This document shows positions 48,335 to 58,500 of a DNA stretch of 64,000 nucleotides, piece after piece (the stretch's first letter is position 1; every line of letters starts with the position of its first letter). The DNA comes from Ramlibacter sp. (GTDB lineage: Bacteria > Pseudomonadota > Gammaproteobacteria > Burkholderiales > Burkholderiaceae_C): assembly GCA_030695945.1 (NCBI GenBank), contig JAUYOG010000009.1:1687-65686 (forward strand), in the 5' to 3' direction. The position numbers and the translations under genes are program-made. Below the pieces are notes generated by a model. It worked only from the letters and a program-made list of their open reading frames with translations, was not told the DNA's origin and searched no databases.

Positions 48335-48459
48335 CGAGGCAGGAGAGTTTGACAGAGATGGGCACGCGCGTGGTGGGCCGCGACATGGATTTCATGGATG
48401 AGCACGAAGGCCGCCGCCCAGCGGATAGACTGCGCAACGCGCACGCGCCGCGCACCTCC

Positions 48460-48849
48460 ATGCACTTCACCGCCACCGTCCACCACGGACCCGACTACCT
48501 GCTCGTCAAAGGCTCCGGCCCCGCGCTGCTCACCGACCTGTGCGGCTTCATGGACCTGGTCGCCACCGTGGCCGGCAAGGGCCGATACCGCCGTGCGGTG
48601 CTGGACCTGCTGGGCGTGGAAATCGCGCTGACGTTCACCGAGCACCTGCAGCTGGGCGCCCATGCGGCCGAACACCTGCGCGACCTGGAGCGCGTCGCCT
48701 CCATCGTCTCGGTGCAGAACCGAAAGGGCACGAGCGAGAAGGCGGCCCAGAAGCTGGGGCTGCAGCTGCGCACCTTCACGTCGCTTGCCGAAGGGCTGCG
48801 GTGGATCGGGGAGGAGCCGGTCAATCCAGCGTCTGGCGGTAACGCTTGA
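48460..48849 (+). CDS. Hypothetical STAS/SEC14-like small protein
   Basis: YLLVKGSG...AVLDL...RVASIV...LRTFTS..EGLRWI pattern; start uncertain. Confidence 0.6.
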   Translation: MHFTATVHHGPDYLLVKGSGPALLTDLCGFMDLVATVAGKGRYRRAVLDLLGVEIALTFTEHLQLGAHAAEHLRDLERVASIVSVQNRKGTSEKAAQKLGLQLRTFTSLAEGLRWIGEEPVNPASGGNA

Positions 48850-49954
48850 GCGCCACGATGCCGGCCACCGCCATGAAGGCGAGCATGGGCCACAGCTCCG
48901 ACACCAGCAGGTCGGCCGTGTTCCCTTTGAGCATGATGCCGCGCACGATGCGCAGGAAATGCGTGAGCGGCAGCACCTCGCCGAGCCATTGCGCCCATTG
49001 CGGCATCGCGCGGAACGGGAACATGAACCCCGACAGCAGGATGCTGGGCAGGAAGAAGAAGAACGTCATCTGCATCGCCTGCAGCTGGTTGCGTGCCAGC
49101 GTGGAGAAGGTGAAGCCCACGCCGAGGTTGGCCACGATGAAGACGCCGATCATCGCCATCAGCAGCGGGAAGCTGCCCGCCAGCGGCACCTCGAACAGCA
49201 GCCACGCGGCCGCCAGGATCACGCCGAGCTGCACGTAGCCGATCACGACGTAGGGCAGGATCTTGCCCGCCATCACTTCGGCTGGCAGCACCGGCGTCGC
49301 GAGCAGGTTTTCCATGGTGCCGCGCTCGCGCTCGCGCGTCATCGCGAGCGAAGTGAGCATCACCATCGTCATCGTGAGGATGGTGCCGACCAGGCCCGGC
49401 ACGATGTTGTAGCGCGACAGGCCTTCCGGGTTGTAGCGTCGGTGCACGATCACGTCATACGGCGCGGGCGTCGCCTGGAGCCGTTGCAGCGGCCCGGTGA
49501 GGTCGCGCTGCAGCGCCTGGGCCGCCGCCGCGTTCAGCGCGGCGAGCGCGTTGCCCGACGCGGACGGGTCCGTGGCATCCACCGCCACCAGCAGCGCCGG
49601 CTTCTCGCCGCGCACCAGGCTGCGCATGAAGTGCGGGGGAATGATGACGAGGAACTGCACCTTGCCGGATTCCAGCAGCTGTTCCGCCTGCGCCTCGCTG
49701 GTACCCTGGTGCACGATCCTGAAGTAGCCGGTGTTCTGCAGGTTGGCGACGATGCTGCCCGCGATGGGGCTGGCATCGGCCGCCACCAGCGCGGTGGGCA
49801 GGCCCTTCGGGTCGGTGTTGATCGCGTAGCCGAACAGCACGAGCTGCAGGATCGGTATGCCCACGGCCATGCCGAAGGTGAGCCGGTCGCGCATCATCTG
49901 CTGGAACTCCTTGATGAACACGGCCGCCATGCGCGCAAACGAAAAGACCTTCAT
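48821..49954 (-). CDS. ABC-2 type exporter permease (YbhR/S-like)
   Basis: KEFQQMMRD, LFGYAINTD, RERERGTMENLL.TP, LLSGFMFP, LPLTHF. Confidence 0.93.
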   Translation of the reverse strand: MKVFSFARMAAVFIKEFQQMMRDRLTFGMAVGIPILQLVLFGYAINTDPKGLPTALVAADASPIAGSIVANLQNTGYFRIVHQGTSEAQAEQLLESGKVQFLVIIPPHFMRSLVRGEKPALLVAVDATDPSASGNALAALNAAAAQALQRDLTGPLQRLQATPAPYDVIVHRRYNPEGLSRYNIVPGLVGTILTMTMVMLTSLAMTRERERGTMENLLATPVLPAEVMAGKILPYVVIGYVQLGVILAAAWLLFEVPLAGSFPLLMAMIGVFIVANLGVGFTFSTLARNQLQAMQMTFFFFLPSILLSGFMFPFRAMPQWAQWLGEVLPLTHFLRIVRGIMLKGNTADLLVSELWPMLAFMAVAGIVALKRYRQTLD

Positions 49955-50721
49955 GCGCGCAGCCCCTTTCCCGGCGCCGCAAAATTGTCCTGCGCGCGGT
50001 CGATCAGCTTGACGAAGACTTCCTCCAGCGTCGAGCCCGCCGGCAGCCCGGCCTGCTCCACGATCTGGCTTTCGGTGCCTTGCGCCAGCACCTTGCCGTA
50101 GGCGATGTACACGAGCTCGTGGCAGCGCGCGGCCTCGTCCATGTAGTGCGTCGACACCAGCACCGTGATGCCTTCGTCGGCGAGCTGGTGGATCTGGTCC
50201 CAGAATTCGCGTCGCGCCTTCGGGTCGACGCCGGCCGTCGGCTCGTCCAGCAGCAACAGGCGCGGCTTGTGGATGAGGCAGCCCGCCAGCGCGAGGCGCT
50301 GCTTCCAGCCGCCCGAGAGCGCGCCCGCGAGCTGGCCTTGCCGCTCGGTGAGCCGCAGCCGCTCGAGCGCCTCATCCACCGCGTGCGCACGGTCGGGGAT
50401 TTCGAACAGGCGCGCGATGAAATCCAGGTTCTCCCGGATCGACAGGTCCTCGTACCAGCCGAATTTTTGCGTCATGTAGCCGGCCTGGCGCTTGATGTCG
50501 CGCGCCTGCCGGATCACGTCCAGCCCGAGGCAGGTGCCTTCGCCCGCATCGGGCCGCAGCAGCCCGCACAGCATCCGTATCGTCGTCGTCTTGCCGCTGC
50601 CGTTGGGCCCCAGGAAGCCGCAGATGCGGCCCTCGTGCACCTGCAGGTCCACGTTGTCGACCACCGCGCGGCCGCCATACCGCTTGGTGAGGCCGCGCAC
50701 GTCGATGGCGAAGCCGGTCAT
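49951..50721 (-). CDS. ABC exporter ATP-binding protein
   Basis: GPNGSGKTT, GYMTQKF, LSGGWKQR, LDEPTAGVDP, STHYMDEA. Confidence 0.94.
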   Translation of the reverse strand: MTGFAIDVRGLTKRYGGRAVVDNVDLQVHEGRICGFLGPNGSGKTTTIRMLCGLLRPDAGEGTCLGLDVIRQARDIKRQAGYMTQKFGWYEDLSIRENLDFIARLFEIPDRAHAVDEALERLRLTERQGQLAGALSGGWKQRLALAGCLIHKPRLLLLDEPTAGVDPKARREFWDQIHQLADEGITVLVSTHYMDEAARCHELVYIAYGKVLAQGTESQIVEQAGLPAGSTLEEVFVKLIDRAQDNFAAPGKGLRA

Positions 50722-51701
50722 GGCTTGGGCTTCTCGGGCGGTGCGGCCCGGGGGCGCACGCCCAGCGGCTGGCCGGGCCGCAGTCGCGTCGCGTCGGCCG
50801 GCGCCGGTTGCGCCTCGGCCATGAACACCAGCTTGCTGCGCTGGGAGTTCGAATAGATCACCGGTGGCGTGTACTCGGGGCGCGTGGCGATGTGCGTCAC
50901 GCGCGCGGCGACCGGTGCGCCGCAGCCGTCGCACTCCAGCAGCACGTCCTGGCCGAGCGCCACGGAAGGCAGCTGCGCTTCGGGCACGTAGAAGCGGGCC
51001 TTGAGGTTGCCCGGCGGCAGCAGCGCAACCACCGGCTGGCCCGCCGCCACGAACTCGCCGGGGCGAAAGAAGGTATCGGCCACCTGCGCGTCGGCCGGCG
51101 CGGACTGCTCCTTTTGCTGATGGCGCCACACGCTTTGCTTGAGCACCTGCCGCGCGGCCTCCACTTGCGCGTCGGCCGCCGCCCGCTCGTCGGCACGCGC
51201 CGGCAGTTGCGCGACCTGCACCGCCGACGACAGCTCGCGCACCCGTGCCTGGGCCTGCGCCAGCGTGGCTTGCGCCTCGTCGAGTTGCGCCCGCGAAATG
51301 AAGCCCTTGGCGACCAGTTCGCGCTTTCGCGCCAGGTCGTGCCGCGCCAGTTCGGCCTGCGCGCGCGCCTGGGAGAGCTGCGCCTGGTTGACCGCCACTT
51401 CCGGCTCGCGCTTGCCCTTGTCGGTGTTCTCGGCCTGGTAGCGGGCCGCTTCCAGGCGGGCGCCGGCCTCCTCGCGCGCGGCCTTCTCCGCTTCGGACTC
51501 CAGCGTGAACAGGGGATTGCCGCGCGAAACCTGCTGGCCGGCCTGCACGTGCAGGACGCTCAGGGTGCCCGCGAGCGGCGAGGCGACATACACGTAATCG
51601 GCTTGCGCGTAGCCGGACCACGCGGCGTCCTGCCTGCCGCCGCAACCCGCCGCCACGGACAAGGCGGCCGCGGCCGCGAACCATCGCATGCTGTTCATCA
51701 T
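50718..51701 (-). CDS. HlyD family efflux periplasmic adaptor
   Basis: AAGC lipobox, YVASPLAG, long coiled coil, PEYTPPVIYS, LRPGQP. Confidence 0.92.
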   Translation of the reverse strand: MMNSMRWFAAAAALSVAAGCGGRQDAAWSGYAQADYVYVASPLAGTLSVLHVQAGQQVSRGNPLFTLESEAEKAAREEAGARLEAARYQAENTDKGKREPEVAVNQAQLSQARAQAELARHDLARKRELVAKGFISRAQLDEAQATLAQAQARVRELSSAVQVAQLPARADERAAADAQVEAARQVLKQSVWRHQQKEQSAPADAQVADTFFRPGEFVAAGQPVVALLPPGNLKARFYVPEAQLPSVALGQDVLLECDGCGAPVAARVTHIATRPEYTPPVIYSNSQRSKLVFMAEAQPAPADATRLRPGQPLGVRPRAAPPEKPKP

Positions 51702-52336
51702 TTCTTGTTCCCTCCGGCGGCCAGGGCCTTGAGCGCCAGTTCGATGCGCTGGCGGATGGCCTTGTCGCTCATGACCTGCACGTGCAGCGAATCGCCCAGC
51801 ACCCCGGGCGCGACACCCAGCGAGCGGATGCCGGGCGCAACCAGCAGGGGCATCGCGACGGCGCTCATGACGAAGATGAAGCGCTGCAGCGGCGGCACCC
51901 GGGCGAGCGTCCCTTCCTTCTGCGCCTGGGCCATCAGGTCCAGCAGCACCCGCAGGTGGCGCGGCGCGTTGGTGCGCATGAATTGCACGGCGACGGGTTC
52001 GCCCGCGGCAGCGTCCGAGATCACGCGGCTCAGCACGTCCGCGTGATCGCGCACGAAGCTCGCGAGGAAGAACAACGCCGCGCGCAGCCGCTCCAGGGGC
52101 GGTCCGTTCTGCTGCGCGCTGCTGCTCAACCGCGCGAACATCTCCTCGTACCAGCCATCCAGCAGGCGCGTGAGGAACGCGTCTTTCGTCTTGAAGTGGT
52201 AGTGGAACATGCCGAGGTTCACGCCCGCGTGCTCGGTGAGCGCACGCACCGAGAGCCGCGCCGCGCCGCGCTCGGCATAGAGCTGGCGGCCGCTTTGCAG
52301 CAGCGCCTGCTCGATGTTGCGGCTGGGACGGGCCAT
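51698..52336 (-). CDS. TetR/AcrR family regulator
   Basis: LSVRALTEHAGVNLGMFHYHFKTKD HTH. Confidence 0.95.
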   Translation of the reverse strand: MARPSRNIEQALLQSGRQLYAERGAARLSVRALTEHAGVNLGMFHYHFKTKDAFLTRLLDGWYEEMFARLSSSAQQNGPPLERLRAALFFLASFVRDHADVLSRVISDAAAGEPVAVQFMRTNAPRHLRVLLDLMAQAQKEGTLARVPPLQRFIFVMSAVAMPLLVAPGIRSLGVAPGVLGDSLHVQVMSDKAIRQRIELALKALAAGGNKK

Positions 52337-52341
52337 GCCGC

Positions 52342-52363
52342 ATTATTAGACAACTGACTAGTT
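52342..52363 (-). promoter_or_regulatory. Putative -10 box and TetR operator
   Basis: AATAAT 5 nt before ATG on minus strand; near-palindrome AACTGACTAGTT at 52352-52363. Confidence 0.5.
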
Positions 52364-52540
52364 ATTGGCAAACCGGCGCCCGCGCCTACGCGGCTCGGAC
52401 GATTCCTACCTGGTGTCGGCGCCCATGAGCGGTGCGAATCGGACGGCGCCGAGTGCCCGATTGGGCATGGGCCGATGTCGCGGGCCGGGGCTGGCGACCA
52501 TAGTGGAATCAAGACGGCCCACCCGCCGCAGGAGTTTGAA

Positions 52541-52747
52541 ATGATCGAATCCGCATCCGCCCCTTACGAACTGCGCTTCCAGTCCCTCTTCGACAGCGGG
52601 CGCGGCTTCGCATTTCCCTGCGACCCGAACGGGCTGGTCGACCTGGACCAGCTGAGCGATCGCGCCCGCAACAACTACCTCTACGCGCGCGCCATGGTCG
52701 GGCGCGAGCTGACCGTTCCGGCCGTGCGCCGCGGCGATATGCACTGA
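52541..52747 (+). CDS. Small hypothetical protein
   Basis: AGGAG RBS; YELRFQSLF..GRGFAFPCD..G.VDLD.LSDRARNNYLYARA.VGRE resembles a small Comamonadaceae family (from recall). Confidence 0.75.
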   Translation: MIESASAPYELRFQSLFDSGRGFAFPCDPNGLVDLDQLSDRARNNYLYARAMVGRELTVPAVRRGDMH

Positions 52748-52752
52748 CGCGT

Positions 52753-52772
52753 CGGCCGGGCGCCGGCCGTTT
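52753..52772 (+). terminator. Probable terminator
   Basis: CGGCCGG-GCG-CCGGCCG then TTT. Confidence 0.5.
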
Positions 52773-52837
52773 GTGAGAAGTGCGCCATTCTGTGACGCGG
52801 GCAACCGCGGCGAGCCGCGCCGCTTTATGGTTGACCC

Positions 52838-53881
52838 ATGGACAACGACTGGCGGCAGGTGGGATTCTTCGCGGCGGGGTTGGCGATCGGCGCCGTGGCG
52901 TCCGCGATGATCGTGCTTGGGCCCTACTCGCCGGTGGGCCGCAACAAGGTGCAAGCCCAGCCTGGCCCGTCCCAGCCCATCGCCGCTGCGTTCCGCGGCA
53001 GCGAATGCCCGATGGAGCCCGCCGCCACCATCGCGGGCGCCAAGGACGGGCGCTACCGGATGCCGGCCGACCTGTCAGGCTACGCGGCCACCGACCCGAA
53101 TGTCTTCATCGTCATGGGCACCGAGGCCGCGGCGACCGGCCGTCCCCACGACGCCGAGATCGCTTACCTGATGGCCTGCCGCGTCGCGGACCGGTTCCAG
53201 GGCGCGGGCTCCGCCGCGGCGGCCGATGCCCGGTACGAACTGGCCAGGCACTACGGCACGTTGGCCAACGCGGCGGACAAGGGTGCGCCAAACTGTGGCG
53301 ACCTCCTGCTTCGGGCGGAGACGATGTACTCGGACAGCCTGCAGCTCTACCGCGCGAGCTACGGTCCCGACCACGAGCGGTCGCGCCTGGCGGCGCAGGG
53401 CCTGGCCGGCGTGCGGCAAACCTTGACGGCCCAGGCGGGCGTCCCGCCCGGGGCGCCGCCCTCGGCGGCACCTGCCGTCTCCGCCGACGCGGGGGCGCCT
53501 CGACAGGACGCGCCGGTGATGCGATCCGAGTTGCCGACGGGCGCGTCGGCGCCTGGGGTGTCCGCCAAGCCTCAGGCCCGCGCTGCGCCGCCGGACAAGC
53601 CCGCCCAGCGCCCGCTCCAGAAGAAGGTGGCGGCCAGGCAGGCGCCGCAGAGTCCCGCCTGCGCGGCTGCGCGCACGACGGCCGAGAGATTGATCTGCTC
53701 CGACGCCGAGCTGGCGCGCCTCGACCGCGAGGTCGGCTACCTGCAGGCGCGCGCGCGCAACGCCTGGAAGTACGAGACCGAGTGGCGGCGCCGGGAGTCG
53801 CAGTGCCGCGACCGCGCGTGCCTGATGCAGCTGATGGCGGCCAAGCGCAGCCAGCTGATGGCGGAGATCAATAGCGCTTAG
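52838..53881 (+). CDS. Membrane-anchored hypothetical protein with helical-repeat region and C-terminal LprI-like domain
   Basis: N-terminal TM, Cys pairs, Pro/Ala linker, C.AART.AERLICSD.ELARLD...W...C.D.ACL. Confidence 0.7.
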   Translation: MDNDWRQVGFFAAGLAIGAVASAMIVLGPYSPVGRNKVQAQPGPSQPIAAAFRGSECPMEPAATIAGAKDGRYRMPADLSGYAATDPNVFIVMGTEAAATGRPHDAEIAYLMACRVADRFQGAGSAAAADARYELARHYGTLANAADKGAPNCGDLLLRAETMYSDSLQLYRASYGPDHERSRLAAQGLAGVRQTLTAQAGVPPGAPPSAAPAVSADAGAPRQDAPVMRSELPTGASAPGVSAKPQARAAPPDKPAQRPLQKKVAARQAPQSPACAAARTTAERLICSDAELARLDREVGYLQARARNAWKYETEWRRRESQCRDRACLMQLMAAKRSQLMAEINSA

Positions 53882-54361
53882 TCAGCGCTTGAAGCGCATG
53901 AGATGAAGCGATAGCGCGATCGGCACGCCGACCAGCAGCGCATGCGATACGAACCCCTGGAGCAGCACCCACGGCGTGTAGCCGACCTTGAAGGGAACGG
54001 CCGACAGCGGCAGCACGACGAAATTCATCACCAGGTAGACCAGCACGCCGAACAGCGACCCCGCCGCAAGGTAATGGCGCTGGACGAGGGGCGAGCGCCG
54101 GGCGACGGCGAAATATACGGCGGCAGCGGCGAACGTGATCCCCAGGTGGAGCGCGAGGCCAAGCGCCGCCGTCAGCACCCCGCCCTTGTAGGCCGGCGCG
54201 CCGAGCAGCCCGCTGGCCACCGAGTGGAGCACGCGCATGGGCGTGCCGCCGCGCGCGGCCGCGAGCGCGAAGGCGTAGACGATGTCGAGCACGCCGGCCG
54301 CGAGGCCGCCGGCCAGCAGCGCGACCAGCGCGGATCGCAGGGGCTCGCCGGGACGCGTCAT
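53882..54361 (-). CDS. Hypothetical membrane protein (4 TM)
   Basis: GGLAAGVLDI, SVASGLLG, LGLALH, YLVMNFVVLPLS; ATG overlaps DAHP synthase stop. Confidence 0.75.
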   Translation of the reverse strand: MTRPGEPLRSALVALLAGGLAAGVLDIVYAFALAAARGGTPMRVLHSVASGLLGAPAYKGGVLTAALGLALHLGITFAAAAVYFAVARRSPLVQRHYLAAGSLFGVLVYLVMNFVVLPLSAVPFKVGYTPWVLLQGFVSHALLVGVPIALSLHLMRFKR

Positions 54362-55485
54362 GCGCCGGTCAGGCCCGCGGCGGCCCGGGCGCGGCGCGAC
54401 GCCTGCGCCAGCTCCCGCAAGACGCCCTCGGTCTGTTCCCAACCGATGCAGCCGTCGGTGATGGACACGCCCGGCTCCAGGGGGACGCCGGGGCGCAAGT
54501 CCTGGCGCCCCGGGCGCAGATGGCTTTCGATCATCAGGCCCAGGATGCGTCTCTCGCCCGCGGCGATCCGGCCTGCGAGCTCGCGCGCGACTTCCACCTG
54601 GCGCTCGTACTTCTTGGCCGAATTGGCGTGCGAGCAGTCGATCATCACGCGCTCGCAGACGCCGGCCTTGTGCAGCGCCGCGCAAGCGGCGTCGATGTCG
54701 GCCGGCGCATAGTTCGGCCCGCGCGAGCCGCCGCGCAGGATGATGTGGCAGTCCTCGTTGCCGGTGGTCTCGAAGATCGCCACCTGCCCCATCTTGGTCA
54801 TGCCCATGAAGGCGTGCGGCGAGCGGCAGGCGACGAGCGCGTCGGCGGCCATCTGCACGCCGCCGTCGGTGCCGTTCTTGAAGCCGACCGCGCAGCTCAG
54901 GCCCGATGCCAGCTGTCGATGGCTCGGGCTCTCCGTCGTGCGCGCGCCGATCGCGCCCCAGCTGACCAGGTCGGCGATGTACTGGGGACTCAGCAGGTCG
55001 AGGAATTCGGTCGCGGCGGGCACGCCCATTTCCGTGATCGCCAGCAGGAGCTCGCGCGCACGCCGCAGCCCCTCGTTGATGCGGAAGCTGCCGTCCAGGC
55101 GCGGGTCGTTGATGAAGCCCTTCCAGCCGACGGTGGTGCGCGGTTTCTCGAAGTACACGCGCATCACCAGCAGCAGGTCGTCCTCCAGCTCGGCGGCGAG
55201 GGCGCGCAGCCGCCGCGCATATTCCAGCGCCTGCTCGCTGTCGTGGATGGAGCAGGGGCCGACCACCACCAGCAGGCGCGGATCCTCGCCGCGCAGGATG
55301 GCGGCCACCTGCCGGCGGCTGTCCTCGACGAAGCGCTGCATCGCTTCGCTTTCGGGCAGCTCGTACTGCAGCAGGGCCGGCGAGATGAGCGGGCGGACGT
55401 CGCTGATGCGCACGTCCTCCACCCGGGTCGCGAGGGGCGTTTCCTCGTTGGGCTCGACGTAGCGCGCCTGCGTGCTGTCTTTCAT
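54358..55485 (-). CDS. aroG: 3-deoxy-7-phosphoheptulonate (DAHP) synthase, class I
   Basis: VVGPCSIHD, MRVYFEKPRTTVGWKG, AIGARTTES, GFKNGTDG, IDCSHANS, SITDGC; isoenzyme identity (aroF/G/H) uncertain. Confidence 0.93.
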   Translation of the reverse strand: MKDSTQARYVEPNEETPLATRVEDVRISDVRPLISPALLQYELPESEAMQRFVEDSRRQVAAILRGEDPRLLVVVGPCSIHDSEQALEYARRLRALAAELEDDLLLVMRVYFEKPRTTVGWKGFINDPRLDGSFRINEGLRRARELLLAITEMGVPAATEFLDLLSPQYIADLVSWGAIGARTTESPSHRQLASGLSCAVGFKNGTDGGVQMAADALVACRSPHAFMGMTKMGQVAIFETTGNEDCHIILRGGSRGPNYAPADIDAACAALHKAGVCERVMIDCSHANSAKKYERQVEVARELAGRIAAGERRILGLMIESHLRPGRQDLRPGVPLEPGVSITDGCIGWEQTEGVLRELAQASRRARAAAGLTGA

Positions 55486-55566
55486 GTCCGGTACCGTGTG
55501 TCCTGCGTTGCTGGACCGATTATCGGCTGCGCAGCCGGGCGGCTGATCGCCGGCCAGCTGCGCTAC

Positions 55567-58500
55567 CTAGGCGCGGCGCGGCACCGCCCGGCGCAGCACG
55601 GCCCGGTACAACCCCCGCACCATCAGCAGGGCGGCCATGGCCTCCACCGCCGTGAGCACGAAGGCGGCGACCGGGTTGCCCTGGGCCTGGCGGCGCCGGA
55701 ACTTGGCGAACATGCGGTCACGCGCGATCTCGATGCTGTCGTAGAACGCGGGCACCACCAGCAGCGTGAGGACGGTTGACGTGATGGTGCCGCCGATGAT
55801 GGCGATGGCGAGCGGCCGGTAGAAGTCGCCGCCTTCGCCCAGGCCGATCGCCACCGGCAGCATCCCCGCGATCAGGGCGAACGTCGTCATCAGGATCGGG
55901 CGCAGGCGCGAGCGGCCGGCGGCCATCAGCGCGTCCTCGCGGTCCATGCCCTCGGCCTCGCGCTTGCGCGCCGCGTCCAGCAGCAGGATGGCGTTCTTGG
56001 CCACCAGGCCCATCAGCATGATGATGCCGATGAAGCTCATCAAGTTGAGGGTGGAGCGCGTCGCCAGCAGCGCCAGCACCACGCCGATCAGCGACAGCGG
56101 CAGCGACAGCATCACGGACATCGGCGCGGTGAAGGAGCCGAACTGCACCACCAGGATCAGGTACATCAGGCCCACGCCCATCACCAGCGCGGTGCCCATC
56201 GCGCCGAACACTTCCTTCTGGTCCTTGCCCGCGCCGCCGAGTTCCACGCCGTAGCCCGGGGGGAACTCCATCCGCTGCGCGAGCTTGATCGCGTCCTGTG
56301 TCACGTCGCCGGAGGCGCGGCCTTGCGCGTTGGCCGAGACCGCGATCATCCGCTTGCCGCCCAGGTGCTGGATCTGCGCCGGGCCCTCGCCCATCGTGAT
56401 GGTGGCGATCTGGTTCAGCGGCACCACCATGTTGCTGTTGGCCACCGCGATCGGCAGCCGTTCGATGTTCTCGGCGTCGACGCGGTCGCGCGGGTCGAGC
56501 CGCACCGCGACGTCGCGCGACTCGCCGGTCGGGTCCACCCAGTCGCCCACTTCGACGCCGGCGAACGCCACGCGCAGCGCCTGCGCCGCGTCGTTGACGG
56601 AGATGCCCAGCGAATTGGCCAGCCCCCGGTTGAGCTCGATCTTCAGTTCGTCCTTGGGGCTTTGCTCGGACAGGCCCACGTCCACCGCGCCGGGCACCTG
56701 GCGCAGCCGCTCCATGTAGGCATTGGTGATGGCCAGCAGCTGGCGCGCGTCCTGCCCATAGAACTGGATCTGCACCGGCTTGCGGGTGCCGTTGTTCAGG
56801 TCGTCCATCACGACATACTCGGCGCCCACCAGCTGCGCCATCAGCCGGCGCAGGTCGACGGCGATGGCGGAGGCCTTGCGGTCGCGCTCGGTGGTCCTGC
56901 CCAGGTCCACGTACACCCGGCCCCCGCCCGCGTTCACCACGCTGTTGGTGGCCTTCGCCTCCGGCAGCGTGCGCGCCAGCTCCGCGGCCTTCTCGACCTT
57001 CAGGCGCGTGTACTCCAGGCTGGCCGACGAGGGCGTGCGCACTTCGACGGCGATCATGCCGGCGTCCTGCACCGGCAGGAAGCTCGAGCCGCCGAAGGCC
57101 GCGTGCAACCCGATGGCGCCGGCGAAACTGCCCACCGCGGCCAGCGTCATCCAGCGGCGGTGGTGCAAGGCCCAGGCAATGACGTTGCCGTAGCGGTCGG
57201 CTTGGTGGTCGAACCAGGTGTTGAAACGGGCGAGATGGAGGCCGACGCCGGTGCGCTCGCGCCGGTGGTGGCCAACCGGGTCGCCCCAGTAGGCGGAGAG
57301 CATCGGGTCGAGCGTGAACGAGATGAACAGGCTGACCAGCACCGAGCAGGCCACCGTGAGCGCGAACGGCCGGAACCACTCGCCCGCCACGCCCGGCATG
57401 AACGCGACGGGGATGAAGATGGCGATGATCGAGAACGTCGTCGCCGCCACGGCCAGGCCGATCTCCGCCGTGCCCTTGCTGGCGGCGGTGAGCCGGTCGG
57501 CGCCCCGCTCCATGTGGCGCACGATGTTCTCCCGCACCACGATCGCATCGTCGATCAGCACGCCGATCGCCAGCGACAGGCCCAGCAGCGTCATCAGGTT
57601 GAGCGTGAAGCCGCACAGCCACACGGCGATGAAGGCGGTGATCGCCGACGTGGGCAGGCTCAGCGCCGTGATCAGCGTGGAGCGCCATGAGTTGAGGAAC
57701 ACGTACACCACGAAGATCGTGAGCATGGCGCCCAGCGTCAGCGCGTGGATCACGTTGTTCAGGTTGTCCTGCGCGTCGACGCCGCCGTCGCGCGTGACCT
57801 CCAGGCGCGTGCCTTGCGGCAGCTCCTTGTTGATCTCCGCCACCAGCTTGCGCGCCTTCGCAGCCACGCTCACCGTGCTGGCGTCGCGCGCGCGGGTGAC
57901 GGAGATGCTGACGTTCGGGTGCGCGCTGCGCACGCTGAAGCTGGAGAGCTCGGCGAAGCCGTCCACTGTGCTGGCCAGCTGGCCCAGCCGCACGATCTCG
58001 TCGCCGCGGCGTTTGACGATGATCTGCGCGAATTCGGCCGGCGACTCGATGCGGCCGACCAGGCGAATGCTCTGGTCGCGCAGCGGCCCGGACACCTTGC
58101 CCACGGGGGCCGTGGTGTTCTGCTCGCGCAGGGCCGCCACCACCTCGGCGACCGAGACGTTGTACTCGCGCAGCCGGTCGGCCCGCAGCAGCACGCTCAG
58201 CTCGCGCTTGAGCGAGCCCGTCACGGTCACGATGGCCGCGCCGTCGATGCCGCGGAACTTGTCCGCCAGCACGTCCTCGGCCAGGCGCGAGATGGCGGCG
58301 TGACTCTGCGAGGTGGACGACAGCGCGATGTCCATGATCGGGAACGAGCCCGGGTCGCGCCGGCGGATCGCCGGCTCGCGCATCTCGACCGGCAGCTTGT
58401 AGCGCACCGTGGAAATCGCGTTGCGCACCTCCTCCGCCGCCTCGATCATGTTCTTGTTGAAATTGAAGATGACGATGATCGACGCGTTGCTGTCCTTGGC

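Noticed and set aside
48821-52336. HlyD-ABC operon as the type I secretion system for the RTX protein
   Set aside because: Separate ATPase plus ABC-2 permease and TetR match YbhGFSR-type small-molecule exporters, not HlyB/PrtD-type fused exporters
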